NCBI GenBank assembly: GCA_035998945.1
Contig: DASYHD010000040.1
Coordinates: 57,062-121,061 of the forward strand
DNA: 64,000 bases
Source: Flavisolibacter sp.
Lineage (GTDB): Bacteria > Bacteroidota > Bacteroidia > Chitinophagales > Chitinophagaceae
Direction of reading: 5' to 3'
In this document: in pieces, positions 48,233-57,010 of the stretch
How the letters are laid out: each line of letters opens with the position of its first letter
How positions within the stretch are numbered: the stretch's first letter is position 1
Notes under the pieces: generated by a model
Database searches by the model: none
What the model was told of the DNA's origin: nothing
Seen by the model: only the letters and a program-made list of their open reading frames with translations
Program-made: the position numbers and the translations under genes

Positions 48233-49117
48233 ATGCGTAAAATGTTATTTCAAAAGAAATGCCTGCCTGCCTGGCTCTTGTTTTTCGTTTGTACGCTGCT
48301 GTTTGTTGCAGGATGTAAACAAAAAGGAACTTCACCTCCCGATTATGATTTGGGAAGCCCGCAAACCACCCTGCTGGGAAGCACCCTCAACGAAATTTCA
48401 GGCATCTGTTATTTTAGTGCGAAAGACAGCACCCTGCTGGGTATTGTCGATAGCAAAGAGAAAGTGTTTATGCTGAATATGCGTACAGCAAAACTAACAG
48501 ATTACACGGTCGATGTTGTACCGAAGAACAGCGATCTTGAAGATATCGTACGGGTAGATACTTCCCTTTTTCTTTTAATGAGCAAAGGCATCATACAGGA
48601 AGTGCCAGACGGTGCAAAAGACACCACTAATATCAAAATTTACAATCTCGGCCTGGAGGGTAAAAATGATTTTGAAACGATGTATTACGATTCGGCGGCA
48701 AAGTCGCTTGTAATCATGTGCAAAAATTGCGCCCATGAGAAAGGAGAGGGCTTTCGCACAGCCTATCGCTTTGACCTGGCCAGCCGCTCGTTCGATTCCT
48801 CGGAGTTTTATACCATTGATAAGGAAGAAGTGGGAAAGCTGGTAAATGACGCCAATGCTAAATTTGATCCGTCGGCTGCTGCCATTCATCCCATCAACAA
48901 ACGGCTGTACATTCTTTCTTCAGCCGGCAACCTGCTGGTAGTAGCCACAGTGCAGGGTGAGGTGTTGGAAGCCTACAACCTGAACCCGGATGTCTTTCCG
49001 CAGGCCGAGGGCATTGCTTTTGCACCAAATGGCGATATGTTCATTACAAATGAGAAAAAGCATGGCGAGCCCACGTTACTCCGTTTCCCCTATAAGCAAC
49101 AAAAAAGCAAAAAATAG
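48233..49117 (+). CDS. SdiA-regulated (YjiK-like) beta-propeller lipoprotein
   Basis: Lipobox VAGC, LNEISGI, LEDI, FDPSAAAIHP, QAEGIAFAPNGDMFITNE. Confidence 0.8.
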   Translation: MRKMLFQKKCLPAWLLFFVCTLLFVAGCKQKGTSPPDYDLGSPQTTLLGSTLNEISGICYFSAKDSTLLGIVDSKEKVFMLNMRTAKLTDYTVDVVPKNSDLEDIVRVDTSLFLLMSKGIIQEVPDGAKDTTNIKIYNLGLEGKNDFETMYYDSAAKSLVIMCKNCAHEKGEGFRTAYRFDLASRSFDSSEFYTIDKEEVGKLVNDANAKFDPSAAAIHPINKRLYILSSAGNLLVVATVQGEVLEAYNLNPDVFPQAEGIAFAPNGDMFITNEKKHGEPTLLRFPYKQQKSKK

Positions 49118-49121
49118 TGTG

Positions 49122-52100
49122 ATGAAAAGCCTCTTGTTTTGCGTGTTGACCCTGGTAACAACCACCTGCCTGGCACAGACCGACACTCTTACACAACGCA
49201 TTTTTTTAATAGGAGATGCCGGTGAAATATTTGCCGATGGCCGCCACCCCGTTATTGACTGGCTGCAGAAAAATGTTGACTGGAATGATGAGCGAAACAG
49301 TGCCATTTACCTGGGCGATAATATTTATCCCCTTGGCTTGCCCATGAGGGGAGAGCAGGATTATGAAGGCGCTAAACAGATTATTGATTACCTGGTAAAA
49401 CCGTACATTGGAAAAAAAGGAAAAGCTTATTTCGTTCCGGGTAATCACGATTGGGAGAATGGAAAGATTGGTGGTTGGCAACGCATTCGCAACCAGCACA
49501 ATTATATCAACGGGTTGGGTCAGAATAATATCCAGTCGCTGCCAACAGAAGGCTGCCCCGGACCCATTGCCATAGACTTCAACGATCAGGTAGCTGTTGT
49601 TTTTATCGACAGTCAATGGTTTTTATATCTTCACGAAAAGCCGGGACTGAGCTCAACTTGCAATAGCCGTACTGTAGAAGAGTTTGCCACTGAACTGCAG
49701 GAAATCGTGGCTCAGCACCAAAACCAATTACTGCTGATTGTTAACCACCATCCCATTTATTCGTTTGGACCACATGGTGGCGATTATACCTGGAAAGAAC
49801 ATCTTTTTCCCCTAACCGCATTAAACAAGAATCTTTGGATTCCGCTGCCTGTGCTAGGCTCTATTTATCCCATCGCCCGTGGCGTGTTTGGCAACCTGCA
49901 GGATATCAAACACCCTTTATATCAAACGATGGCCGAAGTGCTGGAATCAGCTATCCGTAAACATCCAAATGCTATCATTGCTTCGGGTCACGATCACAGC
50001 CTGCAATTCATCCGACGTGTGATTCAAAAGGATACCATATACCAGATTGTGAGCGGATCGGGTGCTAAAATCAGCCGGATAAAAGAAAACAAGGAAGGAG
50101 ACCTGCTTTTCCAGGACCTTATGTATGGCTTTTCAACGCTGGAAGTGTACAAAAGCGGACGAGCCGTAACTAAGTTTTATAACCTGAACAGTAAAGACCT
50201 TTCAGATACTACCTGGAGCCGGAACCTGGAATCCATTACAGCACCGCCTACTCTTATTTCAAAAGACAGCATACCAGTTCTGCCGGATTCAGTGACAGTT
50301 GCGGCTAATCCTACTCTGGCATCAAAAGGAATGCGTGATTTTTTCCTGGGAAGAAATTACCGTGCTGAATGGACAACCCCTGTTACCGCACCGGTACTGG
50401 ATATTGGAAAAGAATCAGGTGGTCTGAAACCGACCAAACAAGGTGGTGGCAAGCAAACCCGCTCGTTACGTGTGGCAGATGCCAGCGGAAAAGAATGGTC
50501 GCTCCGGTCTGTTGAAAAGTTTCCGGAAGCCGCTATCCCGCCAGACCTGCGGCAAACCTTTGTGCAGGACCTGGTGAACCAGGGCATCTCTGCATCCTAC
50601 CCTTTTGGCAGCCTTTCGGTAGAGCCGTTGGCAAGGGCTGCAGGGGTCCCCTATCATCGTAAAAAGCTGGTCTATATTCCTGATGACCCGCGGCTGGGAC
50701 GCTTTCGGCCAACCTTTAAGAATACGCTGGCTATTATGGAAGAGCGGGAGCCGCAAGGAATTACCAAAACCGACAACACAGATGAAGTGGTGTTGAAACT
50801 GGCAAAAGACAACGATGATCACATTGACCAGGTTGCTGTTTTGAAAGCCCGCCTGCTGGATAATTTTTACATGGATTTTGACCGTCATGAAGGGCAGTGG
50901 GATTGGGCAACACGGGACACCGGCAAAGGGAAAATTTATTTTCCCATTCCGAAAGACCAGGACCAGGTGTTCTTTGTGAATCAGGGTGTCATTCCGTACT
51001 TTGTAAAAAGGCCGTGGCTAGTGCCGGAAGTCCAGGGTTTTGAAAAGAGTGCCGACAACATCAACACGTTCAACCGGCCTGCCCGCAATTTCGATCGCTT
51101 CTTCCTGAATGAACTTGACAGGGAAACCTGGAGCAACCAGATCGATACCTTCCTGAGCCGCATGACGGATGCTGTTATAGAAGAAGCGCTGATGCGGCAG
51201 CCGAGAGAGGTGAGGGGTTTTCATTATGATGAGATTGCAAATACGCTAAAAGAGCGTCGTAAGCATTTCAAGTCCGATATGATGAAATACTACGATTTTC
51301 TGTCGGAAGAAGTGAATATTGTCGGCACCAACCAGCGGGAGCTTTTTGTGATTGATAAACTGGAAGGTGGCAAGGTGCATGTTAAGGTAAACAAGATCGA
51401 TACAAACGGTGCCATTGCCACCCGGGTATACGAAAGAACCTTTGATGAAAACGTCACCCGTCAATTAATGATCTATGGCCTGGAATCCAAGGACAGCTTT
51501 GTTGTAAGGGGTGGTGCCACCAGCATTAAAATGCGCATCATTGGCGGCCCCGGCGATGATCACTTCCGTAACGAAAGCAACGCAGGAAGACAGATAAGAG
51601 TGTATGATGTAAGCTTTGAAAACAACACGTTTGAGGGCAACCTGTCGGGCTTTATACAGCGGGTAAGCGGCAATCCCCGAAACAATGAATACAGTCGTAT
51701 TTTTTACCGCTATGGTTATGTTAAGCCAAGTTTGTTTGCAGCCTATAACATTGATGACGGTGTGTTCCTGGGCGGTCGTCTGGAGGTACTGACACATGGT
51801 TTCCGAAAAGAGCCTTTCAGCCAGCGGCATGTGATTACCGTTGGCCATGCGCTGCGGACTTCCTCGTATTTGTTTAACTATGCCGGAGATTTTACGAGAG
51901 CTGTTGGCATCAATGACCTGCTGATACGGGGCGACTTACGTGCACCCGTAAACGTAACGAACTTCTTTGGTATTGGTAACAATACTACGTACAACCGCGA
52001 TCGTGCCGGCAACCGGCTGCAGTACTACCGGGCACGGTACAACATCGGCAATTTATCAGTGATGCTCCGGCGCCACCTGCAGTCGTGGATGCGTATCAGT

Positions 52101-52778
52101 TATGGTCCTACATTCCAGTACTTTCATATTCACCGCGATGAGAATGCCGATAAATTTTTGGGGAAAGAACCCTTGCAGTTTGTAGATGAAAACACCTTGT
52201 ACAATCACAAGTCGTTTATTGGCGGGGAGTTCCGTCTTGACATCAACTCAAAGAACAGCGAAAATCTTCCCACCCGTGGTTTTAAAATGGATGCTGGCGC
52301 CAAACAATTATTTGGGCTGAATACATACAGTAACCGGCTGACACAATTGTTTTTTGACATGAGTGTATTTGCCTCTTTTACGCCGCGTTCAATTGCCGTA
52401 TATGCAGCACGATTAGGCTGGGCAAAAAACCTGGGTGCTTATGATATTCCGCAGGCGCAGTACCTCAGTGGTACCGAGAACCTGCGTGGATATCGTCGCA
52501 ACCGCTTTGCCGGCCGTGAGGTATTGTACAACAACCTTGAACTGCGTATCCGGGTAGCCGAATTCAGCACCTATCTTTTCCCGGGTTCATTGGGTTTGTT
52601 ATTCTTTAATGATGTGGGTCGGGTATGGGTCGATGAAGAGCAGTCGCGCCGCTGGCATCACGGGTATGGCGCCGGCATCTGGATTGCACCAATCAAACGA
52701 TGGGTGGTAACGGCGTCTGTGGCCCGTTCCAAAGAAGAAAGCCTTCTTCCATATGTAAGTGTTGGCTTCCGTTTTTAA
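49122..52778 (+). CDS. metallophosphoesterase-Omp85 (BamA/TamA-like barrel) outer membrane protein
   Basis: Signal peptide, five purple-acid-phosphatase motifs, Omp85 loop motif NLRGY (52482-52493), terminal VGFRF. Start moved to ATG 49122, 4 nt after the previous stop. Confidence 0.88.
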   Translation: MKSLLFCVLTLVTTTCLAQTDTLTQRIFLIGDAGEIFADGRHPVIDWLQKNVDWNDERNSAIYLGDNIYPLGLPMRGEQDYEGAKQIIDYLVKPYIGKKGKAYFVPGNHDWENGKIGGWQRIRNQHNYINGLGQNNIQSLPTEGCPGPIAIDFNDQVAVVFIDSQWFLYLHEKPGLSSTCNSRTVEEFATELQEIVAQHQNQLLLIVNHHPIYSFGPHGGDYTWKEHLFPLTALNKNLWIPLPVLGSIYPIARGVFGNLQDIKHPLYQTMAEVLESAIRKHPNAIIASGHDHSLQFIRRVIQKDTIYQIVSGSGAKISRIKENKEGDLLFQDLMYGFSTLEVYKSGRAVTKFYNLNSKDLSDTTWSRNLESITAPPTLISKDSIPVLPDSVTVAANPTLASKGMRDFFLGRNYRAEWTTPVTAPVLDIGKESGGLKPTKQGGGKQTRSLRVADASGKEWSLRSVEKFPEAAIPPDLRQTFVQDLVNQGISASYPFGSLSVEPLARAAGVPYHRKKLVYIPDDPRLGRFRPTFKNTLAIMEEREPQGITKTDNTDEVVLKLAKDNDDHIDQVAVLKARLLDNFYMDFDRHEGQWDWATRDTGKGKIYFPIPKDQDQVFFVNQGVIPYFVKRPWLVPEVQGFEKSADNINTFNRPARNFDRFFLNELDRETWSNQIDTFLSRMTDAVIEEALMRQPREVRGFHYDEIANTLKERRKHFKSDMMKYYDFLSEEVNIVGTNQRELFVIDKLEGGKVHVKVNKIDTNGAIATRVYERTFDENVTRQLMIYGLESKDSFVVRGGATSIKMRIIGGPGDDHFRNESNAGRQIRVYDVSFENNTFEGNLSGFIQRVSGNPRNNEYSRIFYRYGYVKPSLFAAYNIDDGVFLGGRLEVLTHGFRKEPFSQRHVITVGHALRTSSYLFNYAGDFTRAVGINDLLIRGDLRAPVNVTNFFGIGNNTTYNRDRAGNRLQYYRARYNIGNLSVMLRRHLQSWMRISYGPTFQYFHIHRDENADKFLGKEPLQFVDENTLYNHKSFIGGEFRLDINSKNSENLPTRGFKMDAGAKQLFGLNTYSNRLTQLFFDMSVFASFTPRSIAVYAARLGWAKNLGAYDIPQAQYLSGTENLRGYRRNRFAGREVLYNNLELRIRVAEFSTYLFPGSLGLLFFNDVGRVWVDEEQSRRWHHGYGAGIWIAPIKRWVVTASVARSKEESLLPYVSVGFRF

Positions 52779-52799
52779 AAGTTTATCAAAAGCTGTGAA

Positions 52800-52823
52800 G
52801 GAGGGAAAGCCTCTCCATTTTTT
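52800..52823 (+). terminator. probable terminator after the Omp85 gene
   Basis: ggagggaaagcctctcc, an imperfect hairpin followed by a T-run. Confidence 0.4.
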
Positions 52824-52933
52824 GTACTTAAACAAAATATAAAGTTGGTTTTCTGTAGCATTGGTTTCAGTTGCTGGCACAGTTTGGGCTATTAGCAAAG
52901 CGATAATGATTTCTTACCCGTAAAAACAAACCT

Positions 52934-53380
52934 ATGCGTCAGTTATCTACCTTCTCTGCCCTTGCTATTTCCATGTTGCTTGTTTTTAGCAGTTGTCAAA
53001 AATCAGATGTTATCAGGGATGAAAGAAGCCTGGATGGAACCTGGCTGGTTACTGGCATCCGTTCGGACAGGGCCTATGATTTTGACGGCGATGGCCGTAC
53101 CGAAACAGACATATATGGTGGCTATAATTCCTGCCAGCGGGATATTGTAATTGTTTTCAATGATGATGGTTATGGCCGCATGCGGCAAGGCTGTAATGCA
53201 TATTGGGAAAACATTACCTGGCGCCTTTCCAACAACAACCGGCAACTGGATATCCAATTACCCGGCGACCAGTTGAACCTTGCTATTTCGCAATTTGATA
53301 CGTATACCATTCGCGGTGTTGACCAGGTGTTCATCGACGGCAGCAGCTTTCAGATTACGTATACCCTGCAACGGCAGTAA
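52934..53380 (+). CDS. lipocalin-like lipoprotein (DUF5004-type)
   Basis: Lipobox FSSC, LDGTWLV (GxW), CQRD..VFNDDG. Confidence 0.7.
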   Translation: MRQLSTFSALAISMLLVFSSCQKSDVIRDERSLDGTWLVTGIRSDRAYDFDGDGRTETDIYGGYNSCQRDIVIVFNDDGYGRMRQGCNAYWENITWRLSNNNRQLDIQLPGDQLNLAISQFDTYTIRGVDQVFIDGSSFQITYTLQRQ

Positions 53381-53443
53381 CCCGTTACTCAAACGTTTTT
53401 AGCTGGTACGAATGAGACGTATAGCGGTTACTTGTATACGTTA

Positions 53444-55822
53444 TTAGCGCTTCGCCAACTGTTCTTTACCCAGTTTGGTATAGGCCTCCTTCTGGGGCAA
53501 TGTTTCCGTTTCAAACAATACATCTACCCGAACGGCTTTCAGGCCGCTGATGCCTTGTGTGTCTTCCAGGTCAAAGTGCTCAATGTTATCGCCAAGCAGT
53601 TTTTCTGCCTGCAGAAATTCAATGTACTCAAGGTATTCCATTAGCTCCTTGTGCTGCGAATATACAACGGCTATTTTGCCGGGTTGTGTCAGCCGCTCTT
53701 CCGAATCGCGGATGTGCACTTTGTCGATACGTTTTTTGATGATTTCATAACGGATGTTATAGGCGCCATCCACGTCAAACTTGCGTTCCTTTCTGCGGAA
53801 AGAAATTGTAAGCGGAATGGAATGCGCCAGGATAAGCTGCGTGGTTTGCAGGGTTAGCGGCAGGCGTTTTTCCAGGGCATGCGTAAGCCGGGCTGCTTTG
53901 GTTAAAAAGGAAAGCTGCCACAGCTTTAAATTACGCACATATATATCGCTGAAGGCGATGTGTGGCGTCAGCGACTGGCCAATATAAATATTGAATTCAA
54001 CACCATCGGTGATATAACGTTCAAAATAGTGCGGGTACACTTCCTGCACGGCCTTTTGTTCCTGGTCAATTAAGCGATCCAGTGCATCGTTGATGCGGGT
54101 GATGCTTTCCTCGTACTGCTTGCGGTGATGATAGATAATTTTCCGTGTAGGATCCAGTGCAGTGAAATAATCGTTGATCACCTTTTTCAGTTCCGGTTTC
54201 AGTTGTAACAGGTTTTGAAACACAGCATCCAGGTGTATCTGCAAAAAATCATAGATCTGCATTTCATCATCCGACAGCAGGGTGTCTGATGCCGCGTTGA
54301 TGTATTTGTCAATGCGGAATTGCGTTTCCTTCAGGATGGGGAAGTCAACTATTTTGCAGGCTTTCTTCAGCACTTCGCCGGCAATTGTTAATTGCTCCAA
54401 CAGGTCCAGTTGTATAGCATTGCTTCGCTCAACGGAAGAGTTGCGGACATCAATTGATCCATACAGCGGGTACACATCCTTGAACGAAATGGCCGGCATT
54501 TTGGCCATTTCAGATGTTTGCCGGTGCTGCAGGTAATGAAAGGCGGCTTCGGTAAACTTCCATTCTACTGCCGGCTGGATGGCCGTAAAATGTTCCTTGA
54601 TGGTTTTGTCGATCTGCATCTGCAGACTTTCATTGGTTTTCTTCAGCGCCAGCGTAAACAGTTCAATAGCCGGTATAATGCGGCTAACATGCTGGTACTG
54701 CAGTTTGCCAGCCTGATCGCTCATTATTTCCAGCAAGCCAATGAGGCTGCCGTCCTCGCATTTCAGCGGGCAAAGCAGCAGGCTACTGGCACCAAGATTC
54801 AGGTAAATCTTCAGCAATTCATTATGCCTTGTATTGTGCGTACTCAGCGTTTGATGCAGAATCGGTTGGGTTGTATGCTGGAACACCTCCTGGCATAGGT
54901 CACTGATCTCGTCCTTTCGGTGAATAACATCGTTGTTTTTGAACAGCAAACTGTTTCGGTAGTGCGTTTCTGTATAGAGGTAATAATTGTTCTTTTTGAA
55001 GAAAGGAGTAATACCGATTTTCACATTGCGCAAGCGGATAAGGCTTTGCACATGGTGTTCCAGTTCGTCGTACACTTCCACATTACTAAATGCATTGATG
55101 TTAAGCAGTGCATTTTTGATCTCGTTCGTGATCTGTGCCTGTGTTACATCGGCAACATCAATTACCACCAGTCCCTGGAACTGGAAGTTCTCCAGGGGCA
55201 ACAGTTCCCGCAGTTCATCAATCTCCAGGGTCCGGTAAGGGGAAAAACCGGCCGGCAATTCAAAATCTTTGTTGATGCACTGTACATCCACAAACTCAGC
55301 GTTCAGGTTCAGCTCAAAATATTTGGTAAGGTTGTTATCCTCATCCGGGAATGCGTGAACCGAAGTGGCAGTCAACGGCATTGATGCCGCGTATAGTTTG
55401 CGCAGGATCACATTATAAGCAAGCGATAAACTGGCTTTGGTGATATCCACCGTTGTACGCCGGTCAGGAACATTGATGGTGGTGCCACCCTTTAAAAAAT
55501 AGCGTTTAAAGCCTGGTGAAGCATATATGGTTTCGGAACTGAAAGGAAATGTAATGGCATACATGCCCTGGTTAGACGAAATGGAAGGAGGAAAAATTGT
55601 GGCCAGCAACGCTTCTACCAGGGCTTCGTGCCGGCGAAGCATCTCAGTGTCAATGCTGGGCTGTAGTAATTCGGGCTGCGCTTCTATTTCGGTTAACAGG
55701 TCCTGGTAAAGCTTTTTCGCACCGGGTTTATCTTCATTAACCATCCGCTTAATTACGGTTACCAGAGGCAGGATGGACAGAACAGAATTAAATCCGGTAT
55801 ATGTGTTTTCAACAGATGTCAT
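53444..55822 (-). CDS. large cytoplasmic GAF-domain-containing protein
   Basis: 792-aa ORF with no TM; GAF-like SLLLCPLK..GSLIGLLEI; conserved-looking C-half (AIQPAVEWKF, DVDGAYNIRYEIIKKRIDK, ERLTQPGKIAVVY). Confidence 0.8.
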   Translation of the reverse strand: MTSVENTYTGFNSVLSILPLVTVIKRMVNEDKPGAKKLYQDLLTEIEAQPELLQPSIDTEMLRRHEALVEALLATIFPPSISSNQGMYAITFPFSSETIYASPGFKRYFLKGGTTINVPDRRTTVDITKASLSLAYNVILRKLYAASMPLTATSVHAFPDEDNNLTKYFELNLNAEFVDVQCINKDFELPAGFSPYRTLEIDELRELLPLENFQFQGLVVIDVADVTQAQITNEIKNALLNINAFSNVEVYDELEHHVQSLIRLRNVKIGITPFFKKNNYYLYTETHYRNSLLFKNNDVIHRKDEISDLCQEVFQHTTQPILHQTLSTHNTRHNELLKIYLNLGASSLLLCPLKCEDGSLIGLLEIMSDQAGKLQYQHVSRIIPAIELFTLALKKTNESLQMQIDKTIKEHFTAIQPAVEWKFTEAAFHYLQHRQTSEMAKMPAISFKDVYPLYGSIDVRNSSVERSNAIQLDLLEQLTIAGEVLKKACKIVDFPILKETQFRIDKYINAASDTLLSDDEMQIYDFLQIHLDAVFQNLLQLKPELKKVINDYFTALDPTRKIIYHHRKQYEESITRINDALDRLIDQEQKAVQEVYPHYFERYITDGVEFNIYIGQSLTPHIAFSDIYVRNLKLWQLSFLTKAARLTHALEKRLPLTLQTTQLILAHSIPLTISFRRKERKFDVDGAYNIRYEIIKKRIDKVHIRDSEERLTQPGKIAVVYSQHKELMEYLEYIEFLQAEKLLGDNIEHFDLEDTQGISGLKAVRVDVLFETETLPQKEAYTKLGKEQLAKR

Positions 55823-55928
55823 TTATCGGTACTGAAATTATACAGTTACCTATTCAACCTCTACGCCAAATTTGATTTCTACCCTAAGTTCAGGATAAAA
55901 TGGGAAAGATTTGAGAAACAAGGCAGGA

Positions 55929-56588
55929 TCAGGAGCCTTTGGTTGCTTTTGAAACGACGGTTTGGTAGTATTTGCAAACCGGCCGCAAGCCGCATTCCCC
56001 ACATTTGGGGTTACGGGCTACACAAATGTACCGGCCGTGCAGAATAAGCCAGTGGTGAAAGATGTAGACCAGGTCTTTTGGAATGAATTTGATGAGCTGC
56101 AGTTCGGTTTGCAGGGGATTTTTTGCGCCAACGGTAAGGCCAATCCGGGCCGAAACACGAAAAACATGGGTATCCACCGCCATATTGGGCTGCTTGTCAA
56201 CAACGGAGGTGATTACATTGGCCGTTTTGCGCCCTACACCAGGCAACTGCACCAGTTCTTCCACCGTCATGGGGATTTCGCCGCCAAAACGTTCCACTAC
56301 CATGTTGGCCATGCCAATCAGGTGGCGGCTTTTGTTGCCAGGAAATGAAATGCTTCTGATCAAGTCAAACACATCATCATACTCGGCTCTAGCCAGGGAA
56401 GGAATATCGGGGTAACGGCGAAAAAATGCAGGCGTTACCATATTTACCCGCTTATCGGTGCATTGGGCCGATAGGATAACCGCAACCAATAGTTCATAGG
56501 TGTTGCTAAAGTTAAGCTCGGTCTCAGCATTGGGCATGGCTTGCTGAAAATAAGCCACGCAGGCCTCAAATCGTTCTTTACGGGTCAT
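55929..56588 (-). CDS. nth: endonuclease III
   Basis: LSAQCTD, LPGVGRKTA, VDTHVFR, CVARNPKCGECGLRPVC. Confidence 0.96.
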   Translation of the reverse strand: MTRKERFEACVAYFQQAMPNAETELNFSNTYELLVAVILSAQCTDKRVNMVTPAFFRRYPDIPSLARAEYDDVFDLIRSISFPGNKSRHLIGMANMVVERFGGEIPMTVEELVQLPGVGRKTANVITSVVDKQPNMAVDTHVFRVSARIGLTVGAKNPLQTELQLIKFIPKDLVYIFHHWLILHGRYICVARNPKCGECGLRPVCKYYQTVVSKATKGS

Positions 56589-56685
56589 AGGCCGCTAAGG
56601 TAAGCAGGGGATATGTACACTTGACAACCAGCAATTTGCACCGGGCAAACGGCAACAAGAAAAACAGTAGAAAAGGATAAGTTTG

Positions 56686-56919
56686 TTAACTGGTTTTTAC
56701 CGTTTGCTGGGCTGCTGCGTGTTTTAAAACAGCCAGAACCGTTTCGGTACGGGGAGAGACGGTAAGATTATTGAGACGTTCCTGTGCAGCTTTCATTACG
56801 GCCAGTTTTTCGCGGAGTGTCCAATCATTCTGCAACGCTTCTTCAATTGCGGCCGTTTGTTGAGTGGAGGTTTCTTTGTACAGATACAAGAGCAGATCCT
56901 CCGGCGTAAAATTGTGCAT
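56686..56919 (-). CDS. small hypothetical protein, anti-sigma N-terminal-like
   Basis: 77-aa helical ORF (EDLLLYLYKETS...IEEAL..DW.LRE) with good coding appearance in its own gap. Confidence 0.65.
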   Translation of the reverse strand: MHNFTPEDLLLYLYKETSTQQTAAIEEALQNDWTLREKLAVMKAAQERLNNLTVSPRTETVLAVLKHAAAQQTVKTS

Positions 56920-57010
56920 AAGCTTTCTTATAACTAGGTGGTGAGCAGGTTTTGCTTTTATGCTATTTTAAACGCAGAAAGAAAATGCTTATTGTGCGGA
57001 ACGGCTGAAT

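Noticed and set aside
49122-52778. Calling this gene bamA or tamA
   Set aside because: The N-terminal two thirds are enzyme-like rather than POTRA repeats; only the barrel is Omp85-type.
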